Of a stretch of DNA of 64,000 bases, positions 17,575-27,499 are shown one piece after another. Made by a program: the position numbers and the translations under genes. The DNA lies in the sequence record MN871453.1. One strand, written 5' to 3'. The notes under the pieces were generated by a model. It did not search any database. It was given only the letters and a program-made list of their open reading frames with translations, and was not told the origin of the DNA. Numbering within the stretch: the first letter of the stretch is position 1; the number at the start of each line of letters is the position of its first letter.

Positions 17575-18012
17575 TTAGGCAGCATATGCTTTTTCAACTC
17601 CCGATAAAATTTCGCCGAGCTTCTCGCCGGAGATATCACCTAACCCGCCAATAAAGGATTGAAGGGTATTGACACCTAATTTGAGATTGCGAGAAGGCCC
17701 AGCCCAGTAGTTAATGGAAAGTGAAATATAAAAACACTCTGGACTGAAGCAAATACCAGTACTTTTTACACCAGGTGTGACATGGAACAGAGGAACATAC
17801 GGCGCTTTATTTTTCTCTGCTCCATTGTCAATGCTACTGTCCGCTGGAAACAGGTCATGAAAATGAATAACAACGGAACGGTCTTTGGCCTTGACAAACA
17901 GCCCGAAATTGATTCGTAGTTTATCATCGCCACTGATCTGAATAAATTCCCCGAAGTCAGCCTTGTTACGTTTGGTCCAAATCCCTTTACGCCCTTTAAA
18001 TGTAGTGATCAT
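17575..18012 (-). CDS. Hypothetical protein
   Basis: 145 aa in the operon. Confidence 0.65.
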   Translation of the reverse strand: MITTFKGRKGIWTKRNKADFGEFIQISGDDKLRINFGLFVKAKDRSVVIHFHDLFPADSSIDNGAEKNKAPYVPLFHVTPGVKSTGICFSPECFYISLSINYWAGPSRNLKLGVNTLQSFIGGLGDISGEKLGEILSGVEKAYAA

Positions 18013-18015
18013 CTT

Positions 18016-18348
18016 TTATTCCTCCGGCCATTGAATGAGAATGGCGTTACCTGTCCGCCGAGAGTATAACTCAGCTTCTTTGGACTTAATACAACGTTGA
18101 ACATACCCAACAGAATAATCACCGTAGTGCGCGATCTCTTCGTCGCGTATCCCGCGTAAATGTGCTTCGTAAATTCCCGTCTGACGGAGATCCATTTGGA
18201 TAAGTTCACGAAGATGGTATTCTTCCTCACGAAGCGCGTTTAGTGCTTTCTCTACCGAACTTTGAGCGATGATATTTGCTTTAAGTTCAAAAAGGCGCTG
18301 TCTTTGATGAGTAGAAATTGCCTCAGAATCATTTAAAAAGCAGTCCAC
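18016..18348 (-). CDS. Hypothetical protein
   Basis: 110 aa in the operon. Confidence 0.6.
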   Translation of the reverse strand: MDCFLNDSEAISTHQRQRLFELKANIIAQSSVEKALNALREEEYHLRELIQMDLRQTGIYEAHLRGIRDEEIAHYGDYSVGYVQRCIKSKEAELYSRRTGNAILIQWPEE

Positions 18349-18559
18349 GACAGACCTCCGCTTCTTCAGTGTTCGCTGTCAAATGAAAACCGTTAAGGGT
18401 GGTCAGATCACAACCCACCACTAACCCTAATCTGGTTATATCGAAAAGGGTATCGAAAATAGGTTCATCGAGATCCGTTACCTCAACCCCTTCGACCTGC
18501 TCTAACTCCGTTTTAATTTTGGCGTTAGCGTACCGCAATAGATTGCCTTCGTACATCAT
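18329..18559 (-). CDS. Hypothetical protein
   Basis: 76 aa, GGAGG SD. Confidence 0.6.
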   Translation of the reverse strand: MMYEGNLLRYANAKIKTELEQVEGVEVTDLDEPIFDTLFDITRLGLVVGCDLTTLNGFHLTANTEEAEVCRGLLFK

Positions 18560-18970
18560 TTACCTCCAGCAAACATCGAACGTGATGATATCAAAACGGT
18601 AACTACCGTCTTGATTTCGCTTACGAAGAATTCGCGGGACAAATTCGAAAGGAAGTGTTTCCTTCATCAGCGCCCCCGCTACTTTCTCGGAACGAATAGG
18701 GCTGTAGTTTGTGATACTCGTAATGAGATTCCCTTCACTGTCCCACTTGTAGTTCTTCGTCACAAAGTGACATTGGTCGCGGTTAACCGTCACATAACGT
18801 TGGAAGTCCTCTTTGGACATCGGACCTTTCGGCCTCTCCAATACCCCTAATTCCAAAAACGAGTGTTTACGTTCAAAGAATTTCCTGACCGCATCCGGGG
18901 AGTACTTATCGACATCGTCCTTTTTCAGAATGATTATTTCCCGAATGAATCTGCTTAAATCATTGTTCAT
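18560..18970 (-). CDS. Hypothetical protein
   Basis: 136 aa in the operon. Confidence 0.65.
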   Translation of the reverse strand: MNNDLSRFIREIIILKKDDVDKYSPDAVRKFFERKHSFLELGVLERPKGPMSKEDFQRYVTVNRDQCHFVTKNYKWDSEGNLITSITNYSPIRSEKVAGALMKETLPFEFVPRILRKRNQDGSYRFDIITFDVCWR

Positions 18971-19493
18971 TATCGGCCCCTTTCAGATACCCCGTTAAAC
19001 GATCAACGTGCGGTTGTACCCACTCTATCGAATCGAACTCGTCGATGTGTTCGGCCACGTAACGGATTTTCTCCGGGATAGGCTGTTTAAAGTGCTCGAG
19101 GAAGAGTTTAGCGAAACTGCACCCCAGGGCATCGATCTCCAGATACCCGTCGATGAGCTCTTCAACGGTTACTTCATTCGCCCGATCTGCGCTATATTGA
19201 GAAAGGAGTTTCTCCAACTCAATACCGTGGGGATTAGCCGTGTCGATAATAACGTCGGAGAGGCTTACAAAAGCATGGTTCCCGCAATCGTAAAAGATCA
19301 CCTCATGTCCCCACTGCTTCGCTACCAAACCAATACATACTGCCGCCGTCCCGCAATCCCCGGAGTTAATCCGTTTAATCGCATCTTCTTTCGATTCACG
19401 GGAAAAATAGACCCGGTAAAAATCAACAAACTTATCAACAAGATTCAGGATTGATTCGGTAGGCATTTTCAAACTCCTTGCGGTTGTTATCAT
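18960..19493 (-). CDS. Putative Cys-His-Asp (transglutaminase/papain-like) enzyme
   Basis: INSGDCGTAA...GNHAFV...IIDT spacing. The start may be 19466. Confidence 0.45.
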   Translation of the reverse strand: MITTARSLKMPTESILNLVDKFVDFYRVYFSRESKEDAIKRINSGDCGTAAVCIGLVAKQWGHEVIFYDCGNHAFVSLSDVIIDTANPHGIELEKLLSQYSADRANEVTVEELIDGYLEIDALGCSFAKLFLEHFKQPIPEKIRYVAEHIDEFDSIEWVQPHVDRLTGYLKGADNEQ

Positions 19494-20139
19494 CTAAGAA
19501 AAATTCCATGGCATCACGGTACCGGTGCCAGCATTGCGTATCACGGAAATGATAGATTTTATCAAGCTCAGTAATACGGTCAGTGACAAGTTTGTGAAGA
19601 TGTGCGTAGTAACGTCCTTTCGGAAGAAACTGCGTAAAGATATCTTTTTCCGTGAGCCAAATTTTAAGGAAGGTGACTTCTATCCCTTCAACGTCTTTTA
19701 GGTTGTCGAGGATATCTGCCAATTTCACCGCCCACGCGTCAGGGTTAGCGGAGTTAAGGAGTTTAGTCGCCTCTAACATCGTTCGGTCTTTCCGGTTCGC
19801 TTGTATGGCTTTAGTTGTGTAGCGATCCGTAACCCAATCAACGAGTTTCAGTGTCTCATCAACCAGTTGGGTGTAATTACCGTCTATGCTATCAAACGTA
19901 AACAGCATAAAACGGAGATCCTCTAAAGAGATCTCGGTATCCTCAACCACGTCATGTAACAGACCTGCGCAGACTACGGTGATAGGGTAGTCATTTTCCT
20001 TGAGCGTTTCACTGACGGAAAACGGATGGATGTAATAAGGTTTGTTAGACCCTTTTCTTTTTTGCCCAGTGGCAGAATGCGTTGACATCGCCACCAGATT
20101 ACAAACAGAATATAATTTTCGTTCCGCTTCAGTTTTCAA
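19435..20139 (-). CDS. RelA/SpoT-type HD hydrolase, Mesh1/SAH-like
   Basis: H..GQKRK..KPYYIHP, AGLLHDVVEDT and VKLADILDNL motifs. Confidence 0.8.
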   Translation of the reverse strand: MKTEAERKLYSVCNLVAMSTHSATGQKRKGSNKPYYIHPFSVSETLKENDYPITVVCAGLLHDVVEDTEISLEDLRFMLFTFDSIDGNYTQLVDETLKLVDWVTDRYTTKAIQANRKDRTMLEATKLLNSANPDAWAVKLADILDNLKDVEGIEVTFLKIWLTEKDIFTQFLPKGRYYAHLHKLVTDRITELDKIYHFRDTQCWHRYRDAMEFFLDDNNRKEFENAYRINPESC

Positions 20140-20163
20140 TCCTAAGGCCCTCTGAGTAAGCTT

Positions 20164-20196
20164 TCAATAAAGTGATATAGTCTTCAAATAAATTCC
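20164..20196 (-). promoter_or_regulatory. Putative early promoter P3
   Basis: GGAATT-N11-TATATCAC-N4-TTGA. Confidence 0.6.
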
Positions 20197-20214
20197 ACAG
20201 GACGTAAAATAGAA

Positions 20215-20242
20215 AGAGAGGAGGGCAGCTGCCCTCCTCTCT
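20215..20242 (-). terminator. Terminator hairpin
   Basis: AGAGAGGAGGGC-AGCT-GCCCTCCTCTCT. Confidence 0.8.
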
Positions 20243-20248
20243 CTGTGC

Positions 20249-20872
20249 TTAATAAATCCGAATTTCGTACTGACCTTGTTGAACGAAGGTCATTCCTAAA
20301 CCCATATTTGAAGGCCAATTAATCAGGATTTTCCCGACCATAGCTTCCTTCTCAACGATGGCTGAAGACATCTCAATTGCTTCGCTCGCTAACCCTTTCT
20401 TTACCACGTACTCACCGAAGATATTAGGGTAGGTCAAGTTCGTCGCAATGATACGATGATAACCTGTGGTACCGATTAAACGACTCGGAATAGTGATCGA
20501 CTCGTTTGCCATAGCGGTGTAGCGGAACACTACCCCGGTCGCGGAACTGACGATCGGAATTTCAATCGCCTTACCGGATTCGGTAAGTAACTGGGCTAAC
20601 GTGTTACCGTCGAATTTGAAGATATTCGCCGAGGAGCGAGTGAAGTCCGACCAGATTAGTGCATAATCACCAGCTTTGAGATCGGCTAACGCTTTAGCGC
20701 TATCGTCGTAAACTGTCGGGTTAGCCATAATCATTCGTAGGATAGCGACGGAGACAGCTTGGGTACTTTCTGCTCCGTCCACTAACGAAGTAGAGAAAGG
20801 AATAATATCTTTCTCAGCAATGGTATTGACTCGGTTGAGTTCTGAGATCTTAACGGAAATATCGTCTGCCAT
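20249..20872 (-). CDS. Putative short tail-fibre or fibre-adaptor protein
   Basis: N-terminal VKISELN motif shared with the tailspike at 29018; AAGGTG SD; TATG at 20904-20901. Confidence 0.45.
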   Translation of the reverse strand: MADDISVKISELNRVNTIAEKDIIPFSTSLVDGAESTQAVSVAILRMIMANPTVYDDSAKALADLKAGDYALIWSDFTRSSANIFKFDGNTLAQLLTESGKAIEIPIVSSATGVVFRYTAMANESITIPSRLIGTTGYHRIIATNLTYPNIFGEYVVKKGLASEAIEMSSAIVEKEAMVGKILINWPSNMGLGMTFVQQGQYEIRIY

Positions 20873-20921
20873 GTTGACACCTTTTAAACGCGATTGTTAA
20901 CATAGCAAACCATCCGGAGAA

Positions 20922-22157
20922 TTACGCCTGAACAGGGTTAGCGTTATCGGACGTCAAGGTTTGATCGATGACGGCGACTTTCTCCTTAGGGTGTTTGATC
21001 TTAAACCGCCTACGCATCTGATAAAGGTAATTCTCATCATCACCAACGTATTTTACCTCATAGCCTACCCGATCAAAATAGGTGATCTCGTCAGGTTTAT
21101 CCGACGCCTTGACTAACGACACCACTACTTTATCATTAAAACGCTTAGAGGTAACTTCGACCCAAGATTGGAATTTTTGCGACGGGAACATAGGTTTTGT
21201 GAAGTTAATCACGAAACGCGCCCCTCTAAACCAAACGAGTTCATCCCCAACCAATTTCGCGTCCAGTGGAATCATTGCGATCAGTCGGGCCAAAGGTGCC
21301 ACTAGTGTACGGGGGAGAGTTTCACCACGGAACATTCCACCGATAGGGACAATTTCGTTACCGCTTTCGTAATCGTCTGTCCAATAAACGTTATCTAAAC
21401 TCATGAGCGCTCTTTTACGGGTTTTCTGATCAAAGGTACCCATCAGCTTAATGAACCGAGTAAAAAGCGCACTGAGTGCTTCCTGTTGGTCTTTATGAAT
21501 AAAGAATGATTCAAGATTGATATAGTCACCGTTAATAAACCCCGCGGCTTGTGTAACAGCACGGGTGTCGGAAATTGCGGCGGCGTGCTCAGGGGATATT
21601 TCTAACGCACCGTCACGATCGGCATAAAAGTGTTTCTCGATATCATCGGGCTGGACCCACGGGAAGGTCACTTCTACCGATGAATAAAAATTGTGGTAAC
21701 CAATAAAGTCACTGCTGTAGGAAGAAGGAGTGTAGAAAATTCTACCGTCTAAAAAACGCGCAATTCCGTCATCGTCCATGAAGACGGCGCTACAACGTTT
21801 GTTCTGTTTGGAGCCATAGCTGTGTTCGGCCCATTCGTCCTCTTCACCTGTCAGTGGTGTTAATGGACGATAGCTCACCAGGGTAATGAATTGTCCCAAT
21901 AACTGGTCGCGTTTAGTATCGTCGAGATTAGGGTTCTCAAACAACAAGCGACTGAAACCGGAAAGTAGTGAGGCATTATCGTCTATAGGGGTCAGTGATT
22001 TTCGCCAGGCTTTGAGGGAACCGATTAAAATCCCGGCGCTGCCACCGGAGTGCCCTTGATCATGCCAGATATCAAACGCTGCACGTAATACGGAACGACT
22101 TTCTTCATCGAGCTTAGCGAATTCAAATTCCGCTTCGAAGTGGGACTGTAAATTCAT
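20922..22157 (-). CDS. Conserved phage hypothetical protein
   Basis: 411 aa with QGHSGGSA...PLTPLTGEEDEW...QNKRCSAVF motifs, which I recall from other phage hypotheticals. Confidence 0.7.
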   Translation of the reverse strand: MNLQSHFEAEFEFAKLDEESRSVLRAAFDIWHDQGHSGGSAGILIGSLKAWRKSLTPIDDNASLLSGFSRLLFENPNLDDTKRDQLLGQFITLVSYRPLTPLTGEEDEWAEHSYGSKQNKRCSAVFMDDDGIARFLDGRIFYTPSSYSSDFIGYHNFYSSVEVTFPWVQPDDIEKHFYADRDGALEISPEHAAAISDTRAVTQAAGFINGDYINLESFFIHKDQQEALSALFTRFIKLMGTFDQKTRKRALMSLDNVYWTDDYESGNEIVPIGGMFRGETLPRTLVAPLARLIAMIPLDAKLVGDELVWFRGARFVINFTKPMFPSQKFQSWVEVTSKRFNDKVVVSLVKASDKPDEITYFDRVGYEVKYVGDDENYLYQMRRRFKIKHPKEKVAVIDQTLTSDNANPVQA

Positions 22158-22341
22158 CTTTGTTTCCTTAGCTTATTTTTCGATTAATTGATTGTATAAA
22201 GCGTATTCTCTGTGCGTTTTAATAACGACTTTCTTCTTATTATCAGACTAAAGGCGAAGTGCGTAAAAAGATCTCTGAGCAAGGTATATCTTATGTTACG
22301 AACGCCCGTATTATCACCCTTTGCAAAGGTTATGACCCAAA

Positions 22342-23637
22342 ATGAAACATACTCGTAAAGTACTCGAAGCCCTTGCTTCTACCCCCTCTTTGGAAGCCCA
22401 AGCGTTTATTGATCTCCTGGAAGGCGACGCTGGTGAGTTAGGTTTACTGGCCCTCGAAGCTTATGAGCTGACCGGTGAAGTGGTCGATCAGCTCGATGAA
22501 TCTGCGATTCTCGATGACAAATCCGAACGCGGTGAACTCCTGAAAGATTTTATCAGTAGCGAAGTCGTAGGCGAAGATCGTATCGCCACCCCGGCCGAAA
22601 TTGCGCTTATCGAACAAGCGACCGACGCCGTAGTTGACGGCACCGGTGAAACCGTAGAAACCGTCATCCCTTCTCTGGAAGCATTTGAAATCAAAGGCGC
22701 GTCTGAACCTGCTCTCGAATCGCTCGGCGAAACCGTCAGTAATTTCATGAAAGGCGCAGTTCAGTTAGTCAAGAACGCCGGCGAGTCTTTCAAGAAATAC
22801 GTGAAAGGACTGTTCTCTCGTTTGGAAGCCCTGAAGAATCTGGTGTCTTCTGTCGAGAAGAAAGCGACCGATGCAGAGTTTAAAGACAGTGTTCCGGTCA
22901 GTGAATCTTCCTCGGTTTACGTTGCGTGGGACAATAACAGTTTCGCGACGACGTTTGACAAAGCCGTTTCCGGTTTAGAAACGATCGCCAAGAAAACCGC
23001 CGAGCTCTCCGGTCCGTACTCCCAGAAAGTCCTGACCAAACACGACGAATTCGTTAACCTGGTACAGAAGACTTTTGATACCTCGTTAGGCCGCGGTGAT
23101 GCCAAAGCGAACAGTCGTAACGATCTCGCGAAAAAATTCATCGCTAATGCTGAGGCGTTAGACGCACTGTTCCAGAGTACCTTTACCGATGGTAAAGCGT
23201 TCGGCGGGATTTATATTTCTAACGGCGAAAGACTGGAAAAGAGCGAAGACTTCCGCGCCGTCTCGAAAAGCATTGGCGAGTCCGTACCGGATGTCTACTT
23301 AGCCGGGAACACCGACGGTCGCGCCTTTGAAATGACCGGAGTAAACAAAGAATCTGTGCGCCGTCTTTGCCAGGTGGTCAAAGGGACGATGGGAAGTCTC
23401 TCCCGTACCAAAGTGACTGGTACTATGTTTAACGTTGACTTCTTTACTACGCACACCGACTTTGGTTTGGCAAGTTCTATCGTATTCGGGATCAGTAGCA
23501 CCCAGTATCAAACCGCGATTAACCGCGTTAACCGGGCGTACATCAAAGCTTACACGAAACCGTTGATGCAATTCATCAACCACTTCTTCCGTGTGGCTGA
23601 AGCCCAGCTGAACGTGGCCAAAAAAGCAATGAAATAA
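22342..23637 (+). CDS. Internal head (ejection/inner body) protein with an acidic propeptide, phiKZ/SPN3US paralogue type
   Basis: Repeated ALE/SLE/AYE/AFE sites in an acidic N-terminus, ending ALES-LGETVSNFMKGAVQLVK; TATG at 22292. Confidence 0.7.
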   Translation: MKHTRKVLEALASTPSLEAQAFIDLLEGDAGELGLLALEAYELTGEVVDQLDESAILDDKSERGELLKDFISSEVVGEDRIATPAEIALIEQATDAVVDGTGETVETVIPSLEAFEIKGASEPALESLGETVSNFMKGAVQLVKNAGESFKKYVKGLFSRLEALKNLVSSVEKKATDAEFKDSVPVSESSSVYVAWDNNSFATTFDKAVSGLETIAKKTAELSGPYSQKVLTKHDEFVNLVQKTFDTSLGRGDAKANSRNDLAKKFIANAEALDALFQSTFTDGKAFGGIYISNGERLEKSEDFRAVSKSIGESVPDVYLAGNTDGRAFEMTGVNKESVRRLCQVVKGTMGSLSRTKVTGTMFNVDFFTTHTDFGLASSIVFGISSTQYQTAINRVNRAYIKAYTKPLMQFINHFFRVAEAQLNVAKKAMK

Positions 23638-23642
23638 AAGTA

Positions 23643-23672
23643 CTCCTCTCTCCGCTAAGGCGGAGAGAGGAG
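23643..23672. terminator. Bidirectional terminator
   Basis: CTCCTCTCTCCGC-TAAG-GCGGAGAGAGGAG between convergent genes. Confidence 0.8.
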
Positions 23673-23696
23673 CTATAAGTAGTTTTATCGGGTAAG

Positions 23697-24062
23697 TTAT
23701 TTAACCACTTTCCCGTTGAGGAGATCCACGACAAAAGCGCGTTTCTTCGTGTCTTCAATGCCAGGGAGTACAACGGCTTGAATAGCTGCCGGTACCGAGC
23801 GATAAAGTTCCACGTCAATGTCTTTGGCGCCTTTCTCGATGCGACTATCGGAATACCCAATGATCGTGGATTCGATCTCTTTGACGATAACTTCCAAAGG
23901 GACCGTTAATGTTTTCCAACGATCTTTCGCACCGTCGTAGATGCGCTGTAACGTATTCGCTTCGCTACTGTTCAGGTAGAGCAGATCGGTGAAATAGGTC
24001 AGGACCTGTTTATTCTGAACAAGGCGATTAAACAACTCGTTGTCGAAATCTTTGAGGTACAT
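23697..24062 (-). CDS. Hypothetical protein
   Basis: 121 aa. Confidence 0.65.
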   Translation of the reverse strand: MYLKDFDNELFNRLVQNKQVLTYFTDLLYLNSSEANTLQRIYDGAKDRWKTLTVPLEVIVKEIESTIIGYSDSRIEKGAKDIDVELYRSVPAAIQAVVLPGIEDTKKRAFVVDLLNGKVVK

Positions 24063-24067
24063 AATCT

Positions 24068-24454
24068 CTATCCTTTATGTTTACCATATACCCGACCGTA
24101 TTTGTCGGTATGCGTCACAAAATACTGCGTGTTCAGTTGAAGGAACGATTCCAGTTGCATTAGCATCCGATCAAAATCATTACTGATAGAAGCAATAGTA
24201 ATTTTTCTCATCACCCCCTGAGAGTAACGACTAGGTTCGTCAATCAACGTGTTGACTTCGCAACGGAGCATGAAGAAGTTCGAACCGTCGGGTTCTGCAT
24301 TCCCGTCGAGAATATACTCTTTCACACCGTAAGAGGAACGCATAATGGCCTGCCAACCCCTCAACGCTTCTTTAGAACTGATCGGAGTAACATCAATCTC
24401 ATTGATGCGAACAACGCTCTGTGCGATCAGGTTCAATCTTTTGGTCGTATCCAC
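24068..24454 (-). CDS. Hypothetical protein
   Basis: 128 aa, GTG start. Confidence 0.6.
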   Translation of the reverse strand: MDTTKRLNLIAQSVVRINEIDVTPISSKEALRGWQAIMRSSYGVKEYILDGNAEPDGSNFFMLRCEVNTLIDEPSRYSQGVMRKITIASISNDFDRMLMQLESFLQLNTQYFVTHTDKYGRVYGKHKG

Positions 24455-24468
24455 TGAAATCCCTTCTG

Positions 24469-25122
24469 TTAGTCTTGTGACTCGTTAGATTCGAACTGAG
24501 TGCGTTTAATCGCTAACCAGGCTTCGGCGTGCTCAGGAAACTCCAGCAGTGTCGAACTGGCGATTTTATCCTCTATTGCCCCACGACCATCCCACGGCTC
24601 GGCGTAGTAGTATTGCGGATGGACATTGGTCAGCGGGTTAATCGGGAACTCATCCGCGCGCACCAGCCGGGCCGTACTGTAACCCTGCCAGTATTTGAAC
24701 TGCGGTTTAGGGAAGTGATGAATAGCGTCATTGAAATAAATCGGGCCATCAATTTCATATCTGATCAACCGGTGGCAACCACGGTGTACGTAATGGTCGT
24801 AATAATTCGACCACTTCCAATCAGCCAGGGTATTGGTTAATGGTCGCGGAGATTGGTTGATCGAGAGTAACTCAATCGCCCTGACAACCTTAGGTGACAG
24901 TTCGAGAAGGTTCGCTTTTTCTTGCGCCTGCCTGATAAAATTCATCAACAACAATTGCGCATTGTTCGCAGAGTAGAAGTCGTTTTGTTTTAAGAAAGAG
25001 GAGAAACGACTGAGTACTATCGCCGGTAATTTACTGTTGAGAAAAGGCGTGACTTCGTGAATAAATTGCTTTTCTTTTTCGGTGAGATCTGCACCGTCTA
25101 AATGGATTTTGTTTTTATTCAT
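24469..25122 (-). CDS. Hypothetical protein
   Basis: Likely start MNKNKIH at 25122 (GGGGG SD). Confidence 0.6.
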   Translation of the reverse strand: MNKNKIHLDGADLTEKEKQFIHEVTPFLNSKLPAIVLSRFSSFLKQNDFYSANNAQLLLMNFIRQAQEKANLLELSPKVVRAIELLSINQSPRPLTNTLADWKWSNYYDHYVHRGCHRLIRYEIDGPIYFNDAIHHFPKPQFKYWQGYSTARLVRADEFPINPLTNVHPQYYYAEPWDGRGAIEDKIASSTLLEFPEHAEAWLAIKRTQFESNESQD

Positions 25123-25148
25123 TTTAACCCCCGTAGATTTGCTTTTGA

Positions 25149-25712
25149 TTAAACGCCATTGAAAAGACCGCGGGTAAAGTCCCGTTCGGCATCCACCGTC
25201 GTGAGACCCGATGTACAAAGAACACCCTGTACGAAACCCAGCCAACGGTGTTTCTTGGAGAGACTCTGTTCCAGGTCATCGCGTAGGGTCTCTAGCATCG
25301 ACAGTAAATGCGACGCAGAGAAATAACCCTCTCCTAACTTGTCGGCGTTACTCTCAATCATTTTACGATACCGGTCTAGTATCGCGGGATAGAATGTTTT
25401 TGGAACCAAACCAATATCGCCCAAAAGGTTATGAAGATAACAATCCCCATTAATGACAGTGTCTTCCTTAACAACTGTCCGCTCGTCTAAAAGAAGTTCT
25501 TCAATCTCTTCTTCTGGATGGGCCGTCACCACGATATCAATGGGAGTAGGAGTACCGTTGCTCCCTGTCCCGTCAATGAGCGTTAAGAACATGAACCCTG
25601 CTAACGAAAGGGCTTCTTCCTTCGTTCCCGCATTGCGGTTACAGTATCGAAGTATTTGTTTAATGTCAGAGAGGAACATCTCTCTGAGTGTTTCAGCGGT
25701 ATGTTCTGTCAC
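25149..25712 (-). CDS. Two-domain phage hypothetical protein
   Basis: C-terminal KKHRWLGFVQGVL...TVDAERDFTR motif, recalled from other phages. Confidence 0.65.
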   Translation of the reverse strand: MTEHTAETLREMFLSDIKQILRYCNRNAGTKEEALSLAGFMFLTLIDGTGSNGTPTPIDIVVTAHPEEEIEELLLDERTVVKEDTVINGDCYLHNLLGDIGLVPKTFYPAILDRYRKMIESNADKLGEGYFSASHLLSMLETLRDDLEQSLSKKHRWLGFVQGVLCTSGLTTVDAERDFTRGLFNGV

Positions 25713-25713
25713 G

Positions 25714-25995
25714 TTATAACCTCACGAAGAAGAGTGACCAGTTCATCATGGTCAGGGCGATGATCAGGTACAGGTAGCACCAGTTGAAAACATACCTGGA
25801 TGGGGATTTACGTTGACCTTCTCGTTTCAGGAGAAAAGAGAAAATCAATGACAAAACCAGACCACCAAGTAAAAAGCACCCCGCCACTGAAGGCGGGAGG
25901 CGTATACCGGTAAAAGTTTTGAACAGAAAACCAACCAGGATCAGAATGAACAAGAATACGAAGGAAACATTAGTACTGGGTGAAAATCGCTTCAT
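25714..25995 (-). CDS. Membrane protein (3 TM)
   Basis: 93 aa, hydrophobic. Confidence 0.65.
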   Translation of the reverse strand: MKRFSPSTNVSFVFLFILILVGFLFKTFTGIRLPPSVAGCFLLGGLVLSLIFSFLLKREGQRKSPSRYVFNWCYLYLIIALTMMNWSLFFVRL

Positions 25996-25997
25996 GA

Positions 25998-26585
25998 TTA
26001 TTCAACGTCCGGATTACGAGGTTGTTGTAATGCCCAATGTTTAGAACAGACAGAAACATACTGGTCATTACCACCCACGAGTACCTGAGGGCCGACCACT
26101 ATAACATTACCTTCACCATCCAAACGCAGAACAAATCTGGCTTTTACCCCGCACCAACAAATTGTCGGTATCTCTTCGAGTTTATCGGCTATGGCTAAAA
26201 GAACCGCACTGGCCGGGAAAGTGTTCCGTTGAAAATCTGTCCGCAGCCCGTAACACAGAACGGTGACGTCGTAAAGATCAACGAGCGATCGAAGTTCGTA
26301 AATGTGGAACGGTTCGAGGAATTGGGCCTCGTCGACCAAAATGACTTTAGGGTAATTGCGATCCTTGTAAATGTCGTTTAGGAAAGAATCGTTTTTCCCT
26401 AACATGACACAGATACCCTCTAGCCCAATACGGGAAACCACTTTACCTACTTTATCCCGAGTATCGACCGTCGGTTTATAGACATGAACCGACATCCCCC
26501 TTTCTCGGTAGTTGTACGCAGTTTGTAGTAGATTTGAAGATTTTGCCGAATTCATGGCACCAAATCGGAAAACTAGTGCTGACAT
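25998..26585 (-). CDS. tdk: Thymidine kinase
   Basis: FGAMNSAKS, ILVDEAQFL, CYGLRTDF, CWCG...YVSVCSKHW. Confidence 0.95.
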   Translation of the reverse strand: MSALVFRFGAMNSAKSSNLLQTAYNYRERGMSVHVYKPTVDTRDKVGKVVSRIGLEGICVMLGKNDSFLNDIYKDRNYPKVILVDEAQFLEPFHIYELRSLVDLYDVTVLCYGLRTDFQRNTFPASAVLLAIADKLEEIPTICWCGVKARFVLRLDGEGNVIVVGPQVLVGGNDQYVSVCSKHWALQQPRNPDVE

Positions 26586-26588
26586 CAA

Positions 26589-26864
26589 TTACACTCCCGC
26601 CGCTACTAAAGTTAATATCACAACCAACCCAGAGATCACGGCGGCGAAATAATACCACCGCCGCTGATTTTCTTTTTTGTTGTTTTTACCTACGGTATCA
26701 ACACGCCATACGCAGAAAATCAATGAAATAAGACCCATCCCCACTATCGTAAAAACCGCCCATAGACTGGGGTTGAGTTGGTGTATTTTTTCGGATAACA
26801 CCGCGATAGTGAGGATAACGAAAAACATCACAAATGAGAAGTACGTACTGGGTGCCCAAGTCAT
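26589..26864 (-). CDS. Membrane protein (3 TM)
   Basis: 91 aa, hydrophobic. Confidence 0.65.
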   Translation of the reverse strand: MTWAPSTYFSFVMFFVILTIAVLSEKIHQLNPSLWAVFTIVGMGLISLIFCVWRVDTVGKNNKKENQRRWYYFAAVISGLVVILTLVAAGV

Positions 26865-26878
26865 CTTCTTTCCTTACT

Positions 26879-27487
26879 TTAACCGTAGTAATCTACGCAT
26901 TCAATGACCCATGCGTGAAACGCAATGGCCGCGCTCTCTGTTTGAAAGGTAATTTCTTTATCGTCGATAAAAACGGTCGTATCATTTCGTGCGACGAGAT
27001 TGACAGCTTTCCAGCGCACGTAAACAACCGCGCCGCCGGCGGCACCGGTCTCATGATAACTGAAACTGAATTTGTTTTCGTCGGCATTATCTTCAACCTC
27101 AGAGAAGAATTCAATGTCTTTTTCTGAGAATGGTTCCGCGTCTTCACCAATAAAATAACTGGAAGGAGACGGCATAGGCTTACTATCATCAACGATCCCG
27201 TATGACTTCAACCAAAGGTCGCTAATGATATCTTTTGCCAGCGCTGCGCAACGGTCAGTGGGGAATTGTAAAAAAGCTTCTTTCTCACCTAAAGCAAGAG
27301 CGACCGCCTGAGACCAAGGTAAACTTATCCCGGTCAATTCGGTGAAAGAGACAATTTCCAAATTATTTTTTGATCTGAGTGCGATGCCGCTGCGACCAAG
27401 ATCGTTAAAAAGTTCAAGAAGCGAATTAACCTCAATAGCAGTTAATTCCGCATCGTCAGGGAGGTATTTATTGAGGGTGGCGTTCAT
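26879..27487 (-). CDS. Hypothetical protein
   Basis: 202 aa, GGAG SD. Confidence 0.65.
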   Translation of the reverse strand: MNATLNKYLPDDAELTAIEVNSLLELFNDLGRSGIALRSKNNLEIVSFTELTGISLPWSQAVALALGEKEAFLQFPTDRCAALAKDIISDLWLKSYGIVDDSKPMPSPSSYFIGEDAEPFSEKDIEFFSEVEDNADENKFSFSYHETGAAGGAVVYVRWKAVNLVARNDTTVFIDDKEITFQTESAAIAFHAWVIECVDYYG

Positions 27488-27499
27488 ATCGCTAAACTC

